A DNA stretch of 64,000 nucleotides from contig OZ241863.1 in assembly GCA_965203055.1 (NCBI GenBank), positions 2,624,001 to 2,688,000 of the forward strand, in the 5' to 3' direction. Source of the stretch: Spirochaetia bacterium (GTDB lineage Bacteria; Spirochaetota; Spirochaetia; SZUA-6; Bin103). The notes below the pieces were generated by a model. That model was not told the DNA's origin. It made no database searches and was given only the letters and a program-made list of their open reading frames with translations. Position numbers and translations under genes: made by a program. Below, piece after piece: positions 10,735-20,250 of the stretch; positions within the stretch are counted from its first letter, which is position 1; each line of letters starts with the position of its first letter.

Positions 10735-11612
10735 TCGCGTCCGACCACGGCCGCCGCGAAGCGCTCGGCGTCGAACGGCTCCAGGTCGTCCATACCCTCG
10801 CCGGTGCCCAACAATGAGAACGGCAGCCCGAGCTGGCGGCTCACCGCAAACGCCGTGCCGCCGCGCGCCGAGGAATCGAACTTGGTCAGCAACAGCGAGT
10901 CCACGCGCAGGGCGTCGTGAAACAGGCGCGCCTGCTCGATTGCGTTCTGGCCGGTAGTGGAGTCCACCGCCAGCAGATGATGGACCACACCGGCGCCGGC
11001 CGCGCGCTCGGCGGCGACCCGCGCCAGCTTGCGCAGCTCGGCGACCAGATCGGCGCGGTTGTGCATCCGCCCGGCCGTGTCCACCAGGAGCAACTCGATA
11101 CCGCGCGCGCGGGCGCTGGTGATGGCATCGTAGGCTACCGCGGCGGCGTCGGCGCCGCGGTGCTGGCGGATCACGGGCAACCCCAGACGTTCGCCGTGGC
11201 GCTGGAGCTGCTCGATGGCGGCGGCGCGGAAGGTGTCGGCGGCGGCGAACATCACCGCGTAGGAACGCTGGAAGCGGTGCGCCAGCTTGGCCAGCGCCGT
11301 GGTCTTGCCGACGCCGTTGACGCCGAGCATCAGCACTACGGTGAGCTGCCGGCGGCGCGGCATCACTATGCTGGTGGCAAGCGTGCGCTCGAGCACCTCC
11401 TGCAGGGCAAGCTGCAGCCGCTCCCAGTCGCGCGGGCGCTGCGCGCGTACTTCGTCCACCAGCTCGGCCGCCAGGCGGGGCCCGAAGTCACCCTCCAACA
11501 GGGTGTCTTCCAACGCCTCGAAGTCCGCTTCCTGCCAGGCCGAGGCGCGCCCGAACCACGCCCGCAGGCGCCCGCCGAACGTGCGCCCGCGCCCGCCGCG
11601 GCCGAGCATCAC
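10731..11612 (-). CDS. ftsY: SRP receptor FtsY (NG domain only)
   Basis: GVNGVGKTT, DTFRAAA, DTAGR, TGQNA, TKFDSSARGG, GTGEGMDDL. Confidence 0.95.
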   Translation of the reverse strand: MMLGRGGRGRTFGGRLRAWFGRASAWQEADFEALEDTLLEGDFGPRLAAELVDEVRAQRPRDWERLQLALQEVLERTLATSIVMPRRRQLTVVLMLGVNGVGKTTALAKLAHRFQRSYAVMFAAADTFRAAAIEQLQRHGERLGLPVIRQHRGADAAAVAYDAITSARARGIELLLVDTAGRMHNRADLVAELRKLARVAAERAAGAGVVHHLLAVDSTTGQNAIEQARLFHDALRVDSLLLTKFDSSARGGTAFAVSRQLGLPFSLLGTGEGMDDLEPFDAERFAAAVVGRE

Positions 11613-13018
11613 CGCGCCCCCTCGGCGGCGGCGCCCAGATAATCGCCCAGCGCCACTCCCGCGCGCACCAGCAGCGCCCCGGTCAGCGCCAGACTGGCAA
11701 AGCCGCCGCCGATCAACAAGCCGTGCTCGGCGCCGGCGGCGGGGCGCGCGCTGCCCGGTTGCCCCGCTTCGCCGGCGGCGGTGAACAAGATCAACGGCCC
11801 GGCCAGCGACACCACCGCGGCGCCGAACCGGTCATAGAAGCGATCCCGCTGCTCCCGCTGCCGCTGCGCCAGGTCATACTCGTCGAGCGCCAGGTCGAAC
11901 CGCAACGGCGCGCCGGCGGCGGCCGGCCGCAGCACGAACGCGGCATCGCGATAACCCGCCAGCCGCAGGAGGCCGCGGGCCGGGCGCGCGGCTGCCGTCA
12001 CCTGCAACGGGGTTGTCCCCAGATAGCGCGAGTCGAGGTAGAGCGCGGCCCCCGGCGGATCGGAGACGATGGTCACCGGCTGCGGCGGCAGCGGCTCCAG
12101 TACCGGCGCCAGCCTCGCCGCGCTGCCGGCCAGCGTGACGGTCCGCTCCAGCGGCTCATGGCGCGGCGCGGTAACGCGGATCGTATACTCCCCCAGCGGC
12201 AGGTAGGGCACTTCGGTCGCGCCGCGCCCGGCGAGCGCGCCGTCCACGTACACCGCGCTCTGCGCGGGAGTCGGATGCACGGTAAGCGCGCCCCACGGCT
12301 CGCCGGTCAGGAGCGGCGCGAGCTGCCGCTCCAACTCCTCCAGCGTGGCTTCGACCGCCTCCCGGCGCACCACGCCGCGGTAGGTGAGCACCGGCCGGCC
12401 GAGATTGTCGTCCAGCGCCTCCAGGCGCAGGAACAACACCCCTTCCACCGCCTCCAGCACCCCGGTGACCAACAGGTCGAGGTCCGCCTCCCGCGCCGCC
12501 TGCAGCGGCGCGAAGCGGGGCGCCGGCAACCGCGGATCGTCGCTGCCCGCGGGCGTCATGGCGAGCGGCTTGTAGGCGGCGATCTCCAGTTCCTCCGGAG
12601 CCAGCTCCCGCAGCTCTCGCAGCCGCTCGCGGGCCGCGGCAAGCTGTTCGTCGAGAGACGCGGTGTCGGCCCGCGCCAAGGCCTGCCGGTCCCGTTGCCG
12701 CTGCAGCTCGACCACGCTCCGGCGCTGCTCGCCGACCGCCTCCGCCAGCACGCGGCGGGCGCGGCCAAGCTGTTCGTCGGGCGCCAGCCGATGGCGCCGA
12801 ATCGGGGTCAGACGCTCCTGCAGCAGGCGCGGGATGGCGCGCCCGAGGTAGCTGTCCTCCGCCGCCAGATGCACTGCGCGCAGGGCGGTGAAGCCCACCC
12901 GCCAGTCGGCGCGCGGGTCGGCGGGCAGGTCGGCGGGCTGCGCCTCGGCCGCCGCGCCGCGCGCCAGCGCCAGCAGCGCCGCGGCGGCGAGCGCGGCCGG
13001 CCGCGCGCGGGACTGCAC
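11609..13018 (-). CDS. PEGA-domain protein with C-terminal transmembrane hairpin
   Basis: Signal peptide; two PEGA-like repeats (VHPTPAQSAVYVDG; VSDPPGAALYLDSRYLGTTPL); two hydrophobic C-terminal helices. Confidence 0.75.
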   Translation of the reverse strand: MQSRARPAALAAAALLALARGAAAEAQPADLPADPRADWRVGFTALRAVHLAAEDSYLGRAIPRLLQERLTPIRRHRLAPDEQLGRARRVLAEAVGEQRRSVVELQRQRDRQALARADTASLDEQLAAARERLRELRELAPEELEIAAYKPLAMTPAGSDDPRLPAPRFAPLQAAREADLDLLVTGVLEAVEGVLFLRLEALDDNLGRPVLTYRGVVRREAVEATLEELERQLAPLLTGEPWGALTVHPTPAQSAVYVDGALAGRGATEVPYLPLGEYTIRVTAPRHEPLERTVTLAGSAARLAPVLEPLPPQPVTIVSDPPGAALYLDSRYLGTTPLQVTAAARPARGLLRLAGYRDAAFVLRPAAAGAPLRFDLALDEYDLAQRQREQRDRFYDRFGAAVVSLAGPLILFTAAGEAGQPGSARPAAGAEHGLLIGGGFASLALTGALLVRAGVALGDYLGAAAEGAR

Positions 13019-13022
13019 TTGG

Positions 13023-14154
13023 CTAGCGGCCCGCGCCGGCGGCCGGCGCGGGCCGCCCGGCCGCCGCGGCGTGCTTCAGGTACGCGGTAATGAACCGGTC
13101 GATCGCGCCGTCCATCACCGCCTGCACGTTGCCGCTTTCGAACTTGCTGCGATGGTCCTTGACCAGGGTGTAGGGCTGAAACACGTAGGAGCGGATCTGG
13201 TTGCCCCACGAGATGTCGCGCTTGTCCCCCTCCAGATCGCGGCGTTCGCGGCGTTGCTGCTCCTCGAAGTGGTCGTACAGACGCGAACGCAACACTTTCA
13301 TGGCGGTGGCGCGATTCTTGTGCTGACTGCGCTCGTTCTGGCATTGCACCACGATCCCGGTTGGCAGATGGGTCATGCGCACCGCGCTGTCGGTCTTGTT
13401 GACGTGCTGGCCGCCGGCGCCGCTGGAGCGGTAGGTATCCACCCGCACGTCCTCCGGCCCGATGTCGACGTCGATGGAGTCGTCGATCACCGGCGATGCC
13501 GCCACCGAGGCGAACGAGGTATGGCGCCGCTTGCTGGCGTCGAACGGGGAAATTCGCACCAGCCGGTGAATCCCGCTCTCGGCGCGGAGCAGGCCGAAGG
13601 CGTAGTCGCCGGTCACCTCCGCGGTTACCGACTTGATCCCGCCCTCTACCTCCATGAGATCGATGATTTCGACCTTGAACTCACGCCGCTCGGCCCAGCG
13701 GGTATACATGCGCAGCAGCATCGCCACCCAGTCGCATGCCTCGGTCCCGCCGGCTCCCGCGTGGACCGTCAGGAAGCAGGCGGCCGCGTCGTGCGGCCCC
13801 GCCATCCACTCCAGTTGTTGCAGATCTGCGTAGGTTCGCCGCAAGGCGGCCGCGGTGGCGGAGATCTCCGGCTCCAGGTCCACTGCCTCCTCGGCGACCG
13901 CCAGCTCGTACAACTCGGCCAGGTCGGCGGCCTCGGCGCGCAGCTTCTGCCACGGCTCGTAGCGGCGCTTCAGCCCCTTGAGCCGCGTCAGCACCCGCTC
14001 GGCGCGTTCCCGATCCTGCCACAGGTCCGGCTGCTCCGTCTGCCGCTCCAGTTCGCGCAGGCGTTGTTCCACTCGGTCCCGTTCAAAGGTACCCCCAGGA
14101 CTCGTCGATTGCTGCCCGGAGGTCGGTTATCCGGTGCTCGATTTCTGCCAACAT
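13023..14154 (-). CDS. prfB: Peptide chain release factor 2, programmed +1 frameshift
   Basis: SPF (RISPFD) and GGQ motifs. A 23-codon first ORF (MLAEIEHR...WGYL) ends at GGGGG-TAC-CTT-TGA-A; the +1 frame continues ERDRVEQRL. SD GGAGG precedes ATG 14154. Confidence 0.95.
14082..14096 (-). other. prfB +1 ribosomal frameshift site
   Basis: Internal SD-like GGGGG, 3-nt spacer TAC, CTT-TGA slippery/stop site. Confidence 0.93.
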
Positions 14155-14198
14155 CACGTTTGCCTCCGGCGGTAGCATGACGATCGGAGGGCGGGCCA

Positions 14199-15743
14199 TC
14201 AAGGGCCGCGCCGGCGCCCCAGCAAGCTGCCCGCCGCCAGCAGGGTGAGGAGGAGCCACGCCGCCGCCGCCCCCGGCGCGGGCGCCGCCGGCGCGCCGCG
14301 CCGCGCCGCGACCGGCCGGCCCTGCGCCACGAACAGGGCCGGCAGGCCGGCGCGCGGCGCCGCGGCCAATACGGCCTGCAGCCAGCGGTCCGAGAAGCGC
14401 GCCACCTCGACCGCGGCGTGCCGCACGCGCCCGTCCCGCCCGCGCCGGTACTGATCCACCAGCACCCGCTCGCCAGGCGCCGGCAGCGCGAACGGGCGCC
14501 CGAACTGCAAGGTCTCCTGGTACGCCGCATGGGCCGCGTAGTGACTGAACGCCGGCAGGGCGCCCGCCCCGCCGGCGTCGAGCGCCGGCAGCTCCGCGAG
14601 ACTGAAGCCGGCGCCGGCCGCGGCGGGTACCGGACGGGGAATCAGCTCGCCGCGGCCGCCCGCCAGCACCATGGCGAGGCCGATCAGGCCGACCACGCTG
14701 CCGGCCCCGAACCCGCCGCAGCGGCGCCCGGCGCGCCGCCGCGGGGACCACCGGCCCGAATCCCGCCGGCGAAGCGCCGGGGGGCGAAGCGCGCGGCGCC
14801 GGCGGGCGCCGGCGGCGGCCAGCCAGCGCACCGCAAGACCGGCGCAGATCAACGCCGCGGACCACACGCTGCCGGCGAGCAGATAGACGGCCATGCTGCG
14901 CAGGTCGCGCGCCGGCAGCAGGGCGAACGACCCGCCGTCTCCGGCCGGCCGGTCCGGCGTTACCAGGCCCAGGATCACGACGCCGAGCAGCACCGCCAGC
15001 GCCGCCAGCGCAGGGCGCCAGCGACCGCGCCACGGCTGCCGCGCCGCGCCGGTCACGGGACCCGCCAACCAGGCGCAGACCAGGTACGCCGGCAGCGCGG
15101 CGAACGCGGCCGGCAATGCGCCGTGAACTACGATCGGCGCCCAGGGGAGCGCCAGCAGCAGCCGCCACCAGCGGGGCGAGCAAGGGTCCCGGCGACCGAT
15201 CTGAAGCGCGGCGCCGGCCGCGAACAGCAGTACCGCCAGCCCTACCCGCGGCCACGGGAGATCGGCGATGCGCCAGCCGAAGCCGCCGCCGCGCAACACC
15301 CACCCGAGGCGCGCGGCAAAGTAGCCCGGCGGCAGCGAGCTGGCGACGTAGACGATCCGCGCGGCGCCCGCGCCCGTCTCGGCAGCGAACCAGTCCGCCG
15401 CGCCGCGCAGGTAAGGATCATAGCGCGGGTCGAGTTGGTCCAGACGCGCCGCGAGCTCGGCGATTGCGACCCATTGGTAGCCGCCGAAGGTCGTCACCCG
15501 TTCACTGGCGGTCTCCGCTGACACCACCGCGCCGAAGCCGGCCGCGCGCAGGAGCTGCGCCGCCTGGGCCGCGGCGTGACCGGCCGCCGCGGCGCCGCCG
15601 GCGCCGGGGTCTTCCCGGATGAGCAAGGTGTAGTAGCCGCGCCACACCTGCCGCGCCTCGGCGAACACGGCCAGCGACCGCTGTATCAGCAGCCCGGCGA
15701 GCAGCACTCCCGCGGCCAACCCGAGCGTGGCGATGTAGCGCAC
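14199..15743 (-). CDS. Hypothetical multi-pass membrane protein
   Basis: 514-aa ORF with N-terminal TM, soluble domain (WRGYYTL, DPRYDPYL) and several hydrophobic helices; co-oriented with prfB. Confidence 0.7.
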   Translation of the reverse strand: MRYIATLGLAAGVLLAGLLIQRSLAVFAEARQVWRGYYTLLIREDPGAGGAAAAGHAAAQAAQLLRAAGFGAVVSAETASERVTTFGGYQWVAIAELAARLDQLDPRYDPYLRGAADWFAAETGAGAARIVYVASSLPPGYFAARLGWVLRGGGFGWRIADLPWPRVGLAVLLFAAGAALQIGRRDPCSPRWWRLLLALPWAPIVVHGALPAAFAALPAYLVCAWLAGPVTGAARQPWRGRWRPALAALAVLLGVVILGLVTPDRPAGDGGSFALLPARDLRSMAVYLLAGSVWSAALICAGLAVRWLAAAGARRRRALRPPALRRRDSGRWSPRRRAGRRCGGFGAGSVVGLIGLAMVLAGGRGELIPRPVPAAAGAGFSLAELPALDAGGAGALPAFSHYAAHAAYQETLQFGRPFALPAPGERVLVDQYRRGRDGRVRHAAVEVARFSDRWLQAVLAAAPRAGLPALFVAQGRPVAARRGAPAAPAPGAAAAWLLLTLLAAGSLLGRRRGP

Positions 15744-15788
15744 CTCGTCCCCCCTGCAAGGCGCCGCCTGCGCTGCGGCGCGGTCTCG

Positions 15789-15818
15789 TTGACAGTAAAA
15801 TCAAGCGGGCGCTACCGT
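15789..15818 (+). promoter_or_regulatory. Putative sigma70 promoter of the RluA-family gene
   Basis: TTGACA-18 nt-TACCGT, 6 nt before GTG 15825. Confidence 0.6.
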
Positions 15819-15824
15819 TGCCCG

Positions 15825-16850
15825 GTGAGCAGCCGGCCGCAATCGTACCCTGAGTCGTTTCGCGTGCGCGCCGATGACGTCGACCGGCGGGTCGATCGGG
15901 TAGTGCGCCGGCTGCTGCCGCGGGTCCCGCTGTCCCGGCTCTACCAAGCGTTGCGGGAGGGGGAGATTCGCGTCAACGGCGCGCGCGTGGCGCCGGCCAC
16001 CCGGACCCGGGCCGCCGACCTGATCCGGGTGCCCGCGGCCCTCGCGCGGGAGGGCGCCGCGCGGCCGCGGCGCCCCGCCGGGCATCCGCCCGCCGGGCAC
16101 CCTCCCGCCCGCCCGCTCCCGGCGCCGCCCATCCTGTACCGCGCCGCCGGCGTAATGGCAGTTGCCAAACCGGCCGGCTTGGCGGTACATGGCGAGGGGG
16201 ATTCGGTCATGACCCGGCTGCAGCACGAATGGACGCCGCATCACGCCGCGCTGAGCTTTGCGCCCGCGCCGGCGCATCGGCTCGACCGCCTCACCAGCGG
16301 CGCGCTGGTGATCGCCGAGACTCTGCCGGCGGCGCGGCACTGGTCGCTGGCGTTGCGCCGCGGACAGATTCTCAAGCTGTACCTGGCGGTCGTGGCCGGC
16401 AACCTGCCGCCGGACCGCGGCGGCGAAATCTGGACCGACACCCTGAGCTACGACCGGCGCCGGCGCCGGGCGCGGGCGGACGCGGGCGGCCAGGCCGCCC
16501 GCGCCCGCGTATGGGTGTTGACTCAGGCCGCGGGCGGCGTCCCCGCCACCCTGCTGCTGGTGCAACTGCTCACCGGCCGGCGCCACCAGATCCGCGCCCA
16601 GGCGGCGCGGCGCGGCCATCCCCTGCTCGGCGACTCGCGCTACGGCGCCGGCGGCCGGACCGGCGCCCCGCTGCTGCATGCCGCCGCCCTCCGCAACGAC
16701 GTCGACGGGGTACCGATCCTCGCGCCGCTGCCGCCGGCCGCGCGCCGCGCGCTCGACCGGCGCTTCGGAAGCGGCGCCGCCCGGCGCGCCGCAGCGGCGG
16801 TCGCGCGGCGCCTGCGCGACACCGCGCCGGCGGCGCGCGGGCAGGACTGA
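15825..16850 (+). CDS. RluA/RluC-family pseudouridine synthase
   Basis: S4-like N-terminus (RRVDRVVRR...IRVNG), KPAGLAVHG, catalytic HRLDRLTSG, TGRRHQIR, HPLLGDSRYG. Confidence 0.9.
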   Translation: MSSRPQSYPESFRVRADDVDRRVDRVVRRLLPRVPLSRLYQALREGEIRVNGARVAPATRTRAADLIRVPAALAREGAARPRRPAGHPPAGHPPARPLPAPPILYRAAGVMAVAKPAGLAVHGEGDSVMTRLQHEWTPHHAALSFAPAPAHRLDRLTSGALVIAETLPAARHWSLALRRGQILKLYLAVVAGNLPPDRGGEIWTDTLSYDRRRRRARADAGGQAARARVWVLTQAAGGVPATLLLVQLLTGRRHQIRAQAARRGHPLLGDSRYGAGGRTGAPLLHAAALRNDVDGVPILAPLPPAARRALDRRFGSGAARRAAAAVARRLRDTAPAARGQD

Positions 16851-16851
16851 C

Positions 16852-17880
16852 GTGGCCGACCTGCGGCGCATGGTACGCGGCGTCCTGTGGGCGCTGCGCG
16901 GAGTTCAGGTAATGGCACTGGTCGGCAAGAGCGGCACCGGCAAGAGCTTCCGCGCGCAATTGATCGCCCGGAAGTACAACATCGAGGCGATCGTCGACGA
17001 CGGCCTGCTGATCCAGGGGCAGAAGATCCTGGCCGGGCGCTCCGCCAAGCGGGAGCAAGGCGGGATCGAGGCGGTGAAGACCGCAGTGTTCCACGACCCG
17101 GCGCACGCGCGTGAAGTGCGGCGGGTGCTGGAGCGCACCAGGGCGCAACGCATCTTGATCATCGCCACCTCCGAAAAGATGGTGTCCCGCATCACCGAAC
17201 GACTTGGCCTGCCGCGGGTCCAGCGAGTGATCACCATCGAAGAGGTCGCTACCGAACATGAGATCGACGCGGCGCTGCGCTCGCGCCAGACCCAGGGCCG
17301 CCACATCATTCCGGTACCGCCCATCGAGGTAAAGCGAGACTACGCCAACATCGTCATCGACTCCATCACCATCTTCCTGCGCAACAACTTCCTGCGCCGG
17401 CGCGGGCGCCTGTTCGAGAAGACGGTGGTCAGTCCCGAATTCGAACGGCGCGGCCCGGTAACCGTGTCGGAGGTGGCATTGACCCAGATGGTGCTGCATT
17501 GCGTGCACGAATTCGCCCCCGAGTTTCAGATCAAGCGGCTGGTGGTGATCGGCGACTTGCGGCAGCCGGGCCTGGAAGTCGTACTGCGGGTGCCGTTCGA
17601 CTCGCCGGTCGCCGGCCGCCTGCACCAACTCCGGGACTACATCATCTCCAGCGTGGAGCGGTTCTCGGGACTGCTGCTCAACCAGGTGGCCATCACGGTG
17701 GACCAGGTCGGCCCGCCCACCCCGGCAGCGGACTCGCCGCCGCCGGGGAGCGCGGCCGCCGGCGAGCGACCGCCGCCGCGCCGCGGCCTGCGCCGGCAGC
17801 GGCCGGCGCGCCGCGCCCACTCCGCCCGCCGGCCGCCCAACGCCGGCCACGCCAACCCCGCGGCGCCCAAGCGGCGCTAG
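16852..17880 (+). CDS. P-loop NTPase domain fused to Asp23/Gls24-like C-terminal domain
   Basis: Walker A GKSGTGKS, IVDDGLLI, AGRSAK; C-terminal GPVTVSEVAL...VERFSGLLLNQVAITVD resembles Asp23. Start 1 nt after the rluA stop. Confidence 0.7.
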   Translation: MADLRRMVRGVLWALRGVQVMALVGKSGTGKSFRAQLIARKYNIEAIVDDGLLIQGQKILAGRSAKREQGGIEAVKTAVFHDPAHAREVRRVLERTRAQRILIIATSEKMVSRITERLGLPRVQRVITIEEVATEHEIDAALRSRQTQGRHIIPVPPIEVKRDYANIVIDSITIFLRNNFLRRRGRLFEKTVVSPEFERRGPVTVSEVALTQMVLHCVHEFAPEFQIKRLVVIGDLRQPGLEVVLRVPFDSPVAGRLHQLRDYIISSVERFSGLLLNQVAITVDQVGPPTPAADSPPPGSAAAGERPPPRRGLRRQRPARRAHSARRPPNAGHANPAAPKRR

Positions 17881-17904
17881 CGCCGGCTGGCCGCGCCGGT
17901 CCGG

Positions 17905-18945
17905 TCACGGCGCAACGGCTGCCGCGGCCAACCGGTCGGCTACGCGCAGCGCGTCGATCTGCGGCAGCACCAGCGGTTGCATGGCCCGCCGCAAGCGTTG
18001 CGCCAGCTCCTTCTGCGGCCGCTCCTCCACTTGCCACGAGCCGTCCGCGGCGGCGACTTCGGCCAGCAGGGCGGCGAACATCAGCGCGCGCAACTCGCGC
18101 CCGCCCAGGCGCGGCGCCGCAGCCACCCGCCGGTCCAGCTCCAGCAGCCGCCGCCCCAGCTCCGCGCTGCGCAAGCGCGGCCCGGCGTGCGCCGCGAGCT
18201 GCGGCAGCAGCGCCGCGAACAGCCCAAGGCGGTGCGCGTAGTCCAGAATCGGCGCCGCCCGGCCACTGCTCAGGATCTTCGCCAGTTCCTCGGTCAACCG
18301 CTCCGCCGAACACTCGGCGAGCCGGCCGGCGTGCCGGCTGATGAGGACCCGATAGCGCCGCTCCATGGTAAAGCCGGCCAGGCGGGCATACTTCACGGCC
18401 CGTATCATGCGCACCGGATCTTCGGTGAACGATCCCTCCGGGGCGCCGATGGTGTGCAGCGTACGGCGCTCGACGTCCCGGAATCCGCCCACGTAGTCGA
18501 TCAGCCGCTCGCTGCGCGGCGCGTAGTAGAGTGCGTTGAAGGTGAAGTCGCGCCGGAAGGCGTCCTGATCCATGGTGCCGTAGCGGTTGGCGGTAGTGCG
18601 GTCCGGGCCGCGGAACGTTGCCACCTCGAACACGCGCACCCCGGAGGGAACGTGCGCCAGCTTGAAGCGGCGGCCGATGACGCGGGCGCCGCGGAACAGC
18701 CCGGTGACTTGCCGCGGCCGCGCGCTGGTCGCGATGTCGAAGTCCTTGGGCGTCCGCCCGGTCAGCAGATCGCGCACCGCGCCGCCGACGACGTAGGCCT
18801 CGTGACCGGCCCGCGCAAGACGCTGGCAGATGCCGATCGCCGCCGCGTCGATGCACGCGCTGCGAATGCCGTGTTCGGCGGGGAGGTAGACGTTGGCGGT
18901 GACGCGGTTGGCGCCGTCCGCAGTTCTGCGATACCGCTTGAGCAC
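17905..18945 (-). CDS. pcnB: Poly(A) polymerase I (PcnB)
   Basis: VGGAVRDLL, KDFDIAT, PAP signature VIGRRFKLAHV, EVATFR, RRDFTFNAL, EDPVRMIRA. Confidence 0.88.
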   Translation of the reverse strand: MLKRYRRTADGANRVTANVYLPAEHGIRSACIDAAAIGICQRLARAGHEAYVVGGAVRDLLTGRTPKDFDIATSARPRQVTGLFRGARVIGRRFKLAHVPSGVRVFEVATFRGPDRTTANRYGTMDQDAFRRDFTFNALYYAPRSERLIDYVGGFRDVERRTLHTIGAPEGSFTEDPVRMIRAVKYARLAGFTMERRYRVLISRHAGRLAECSAERLTEELAKILSSGRAAPILDYAHRLGLFAALLPQLAAHAGPRLRSAELGRRLLELDRRVAAAPRLGGRELRALMFAALLAEVAAADGSWQVEERPQKELAQRLRRAMQPLVLPQIDALRVADRLAAAAVAP

Positions 18946-19059
18946 TGGTGCGTTGAGTGGGGCGCGTCGCCGGCCACCGCATCGTAGGCCGGGAGCGCCC
19001 GGCTTGGCAACCGGCCGCGCGCGCCGGCGCGCCTTCGGCTGCCGCCGGCGGCGGCGCCG

Positions 19060-20202
19060 TCAGCCGAGGTCGAACACCACCTCGTCGCTGCGCAACCGGA
19101 GGCGGATGCGCTTGACTCCCTCCTCGGAATAGGCGGCGAAGGCGGCGTCTTCCAGATGGCGCGCGAACACCGACTCCAGGCCGCGGGCGCCGCTCTCCTT
19201 GCGCAACGCCTGGCGCACCATGAGCTGCAGCGCCGCGTCGTCCACCTCCAGTTGGATCTCTTCGAAGCGGAACTCGTTGCGGTACTGGCGCAGGATGTTG
19301 CGCTTGAGGATGTCGGAGAGCTGCTCCGCGGACAGTGACTGGAACGGCACGATGCGCTTGAAGCGGCCGATCAGCTCCGGCAGGAAGCCGAAGCGATGGA
19401 AGTGGCGCACCGCGGCGACGTCATCTTCGGTGTAGGAAACGGCGATCCGCTCCGGGTCGCGGCCGCCGGCCAGCCGCCCGAAGCCAATGTCTTCCTCACG
19501 CCCGGCCTCCGTCAGCCCTTTGAAGCCGGAGAAGGCGCCGCAGCCGATGAACGCAATGTCGGAGGTGGACAGCGTGGTCCGCGCCCCGTACTCGGAGTGG
19601 GAGAGATCGTTGGGCACCGATATGTCCGCCGCCTCCAGCATCTTCAGAAGCTCACGCTGGACCCCGAGGCCGGAGACGTCCTTGGTGCTTCCGGCGCCGG
19701 CGAACAGCGCGTTGTTATGGCCGGAGGCAACCTTGTCGAACTCGTCCAGACATACGACGCCCACGCTGCCGGCGGCCTGATTCAGGTCCGCCGCGTACAG
19801 CAACCGCGTCAGGATCGAGGTCACCTCCTGGCCGACGTAACCGGTCTCCGAGTAGCCGGTCAGATCGACGATGATCGTCGGCAGGCGCAGGACGTGTTGG
19901 AACAGCAGCTCCACCAGATGAGTCTTGCCGCAACCGGTGGGCCCGACCAGCAGCAGGTTGGTCTTGTCCGGCAGCAGGTCGCGGCTGATCCCCTCCAGGT
20001 GAATCTTGCGCAGCCGCGAAACGTGGCGATAGGCCATCAGCGACACCGCGGTAACGGCGCGCTCCTGCCCGACGTACCCCGCCTCGCGGATGGTGGCCGC
20101 TATCTCGCGCGGCGTAAGGAAGGGAATGCTGCGCACATACAGCACGATTTCCTGATCGTTGCGCTCCGGGCGCAGGCTGCGGATCTGGCGCGGTAGTGGC
20201 AT
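19060..20202 (-). CDS. ClpX-like AAA+ ATPase lacking the N-terminal zinc-binding domain
   Basis: GPTGCGKT, GYVG, LDEFDK, KDVSGLGVQRELLK, IGF loop, PELIGRF, GARGL. Only the C-terminal ~380 codons of the 989-aa track ORF are credible. Confidence 0.85.
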   Translation of the reverse strand: MPLPRQIRSLRPERNDQEIVLYVRSIPFLTPREIAATIREAGYVGQERAVTAVSLMAYRHVSRLRKIHLEGISRDLLPDKTNLLLVGPTGCGKTHLVELLFQHVLRLPTIIVDLTGYSETGYVGQEVTSILTRLLYAADLNQAAGSVGVVCLDEFDKVASGHNNALFAGAGSTKDVSGLGVQRELLKMLEAADISVPNDLSHSEYGARTTLSTSDIAFIGCGAFSGFKGLTEAGREEDIGFGRLAGGRDPERIAVSYTEDDVAAVRHFHRFGFLPELIGRFKRIVPFQSLSAEQLSDILKRNILRQYRNEFRFEEIQLEVDDAALQLMVRQALRKESGARGLESVFARHLEDAAFAAYSEEGVKRIRLRLRSDEVVFDLG

Positions 20203-20250
20203 GACGTGGTGAATTGGGGACAGCATATCACCAAGCCCGTAGAATAAGGA

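Noticed and set aside
17905..18945. CCA-adding enzyme call (all three tRNAs lack encoded CCA)
   Set aside because: Carries the PAP-specific GRRF-x-x-x-H signature; the CCA enzyme is probably encoded elsewhere.
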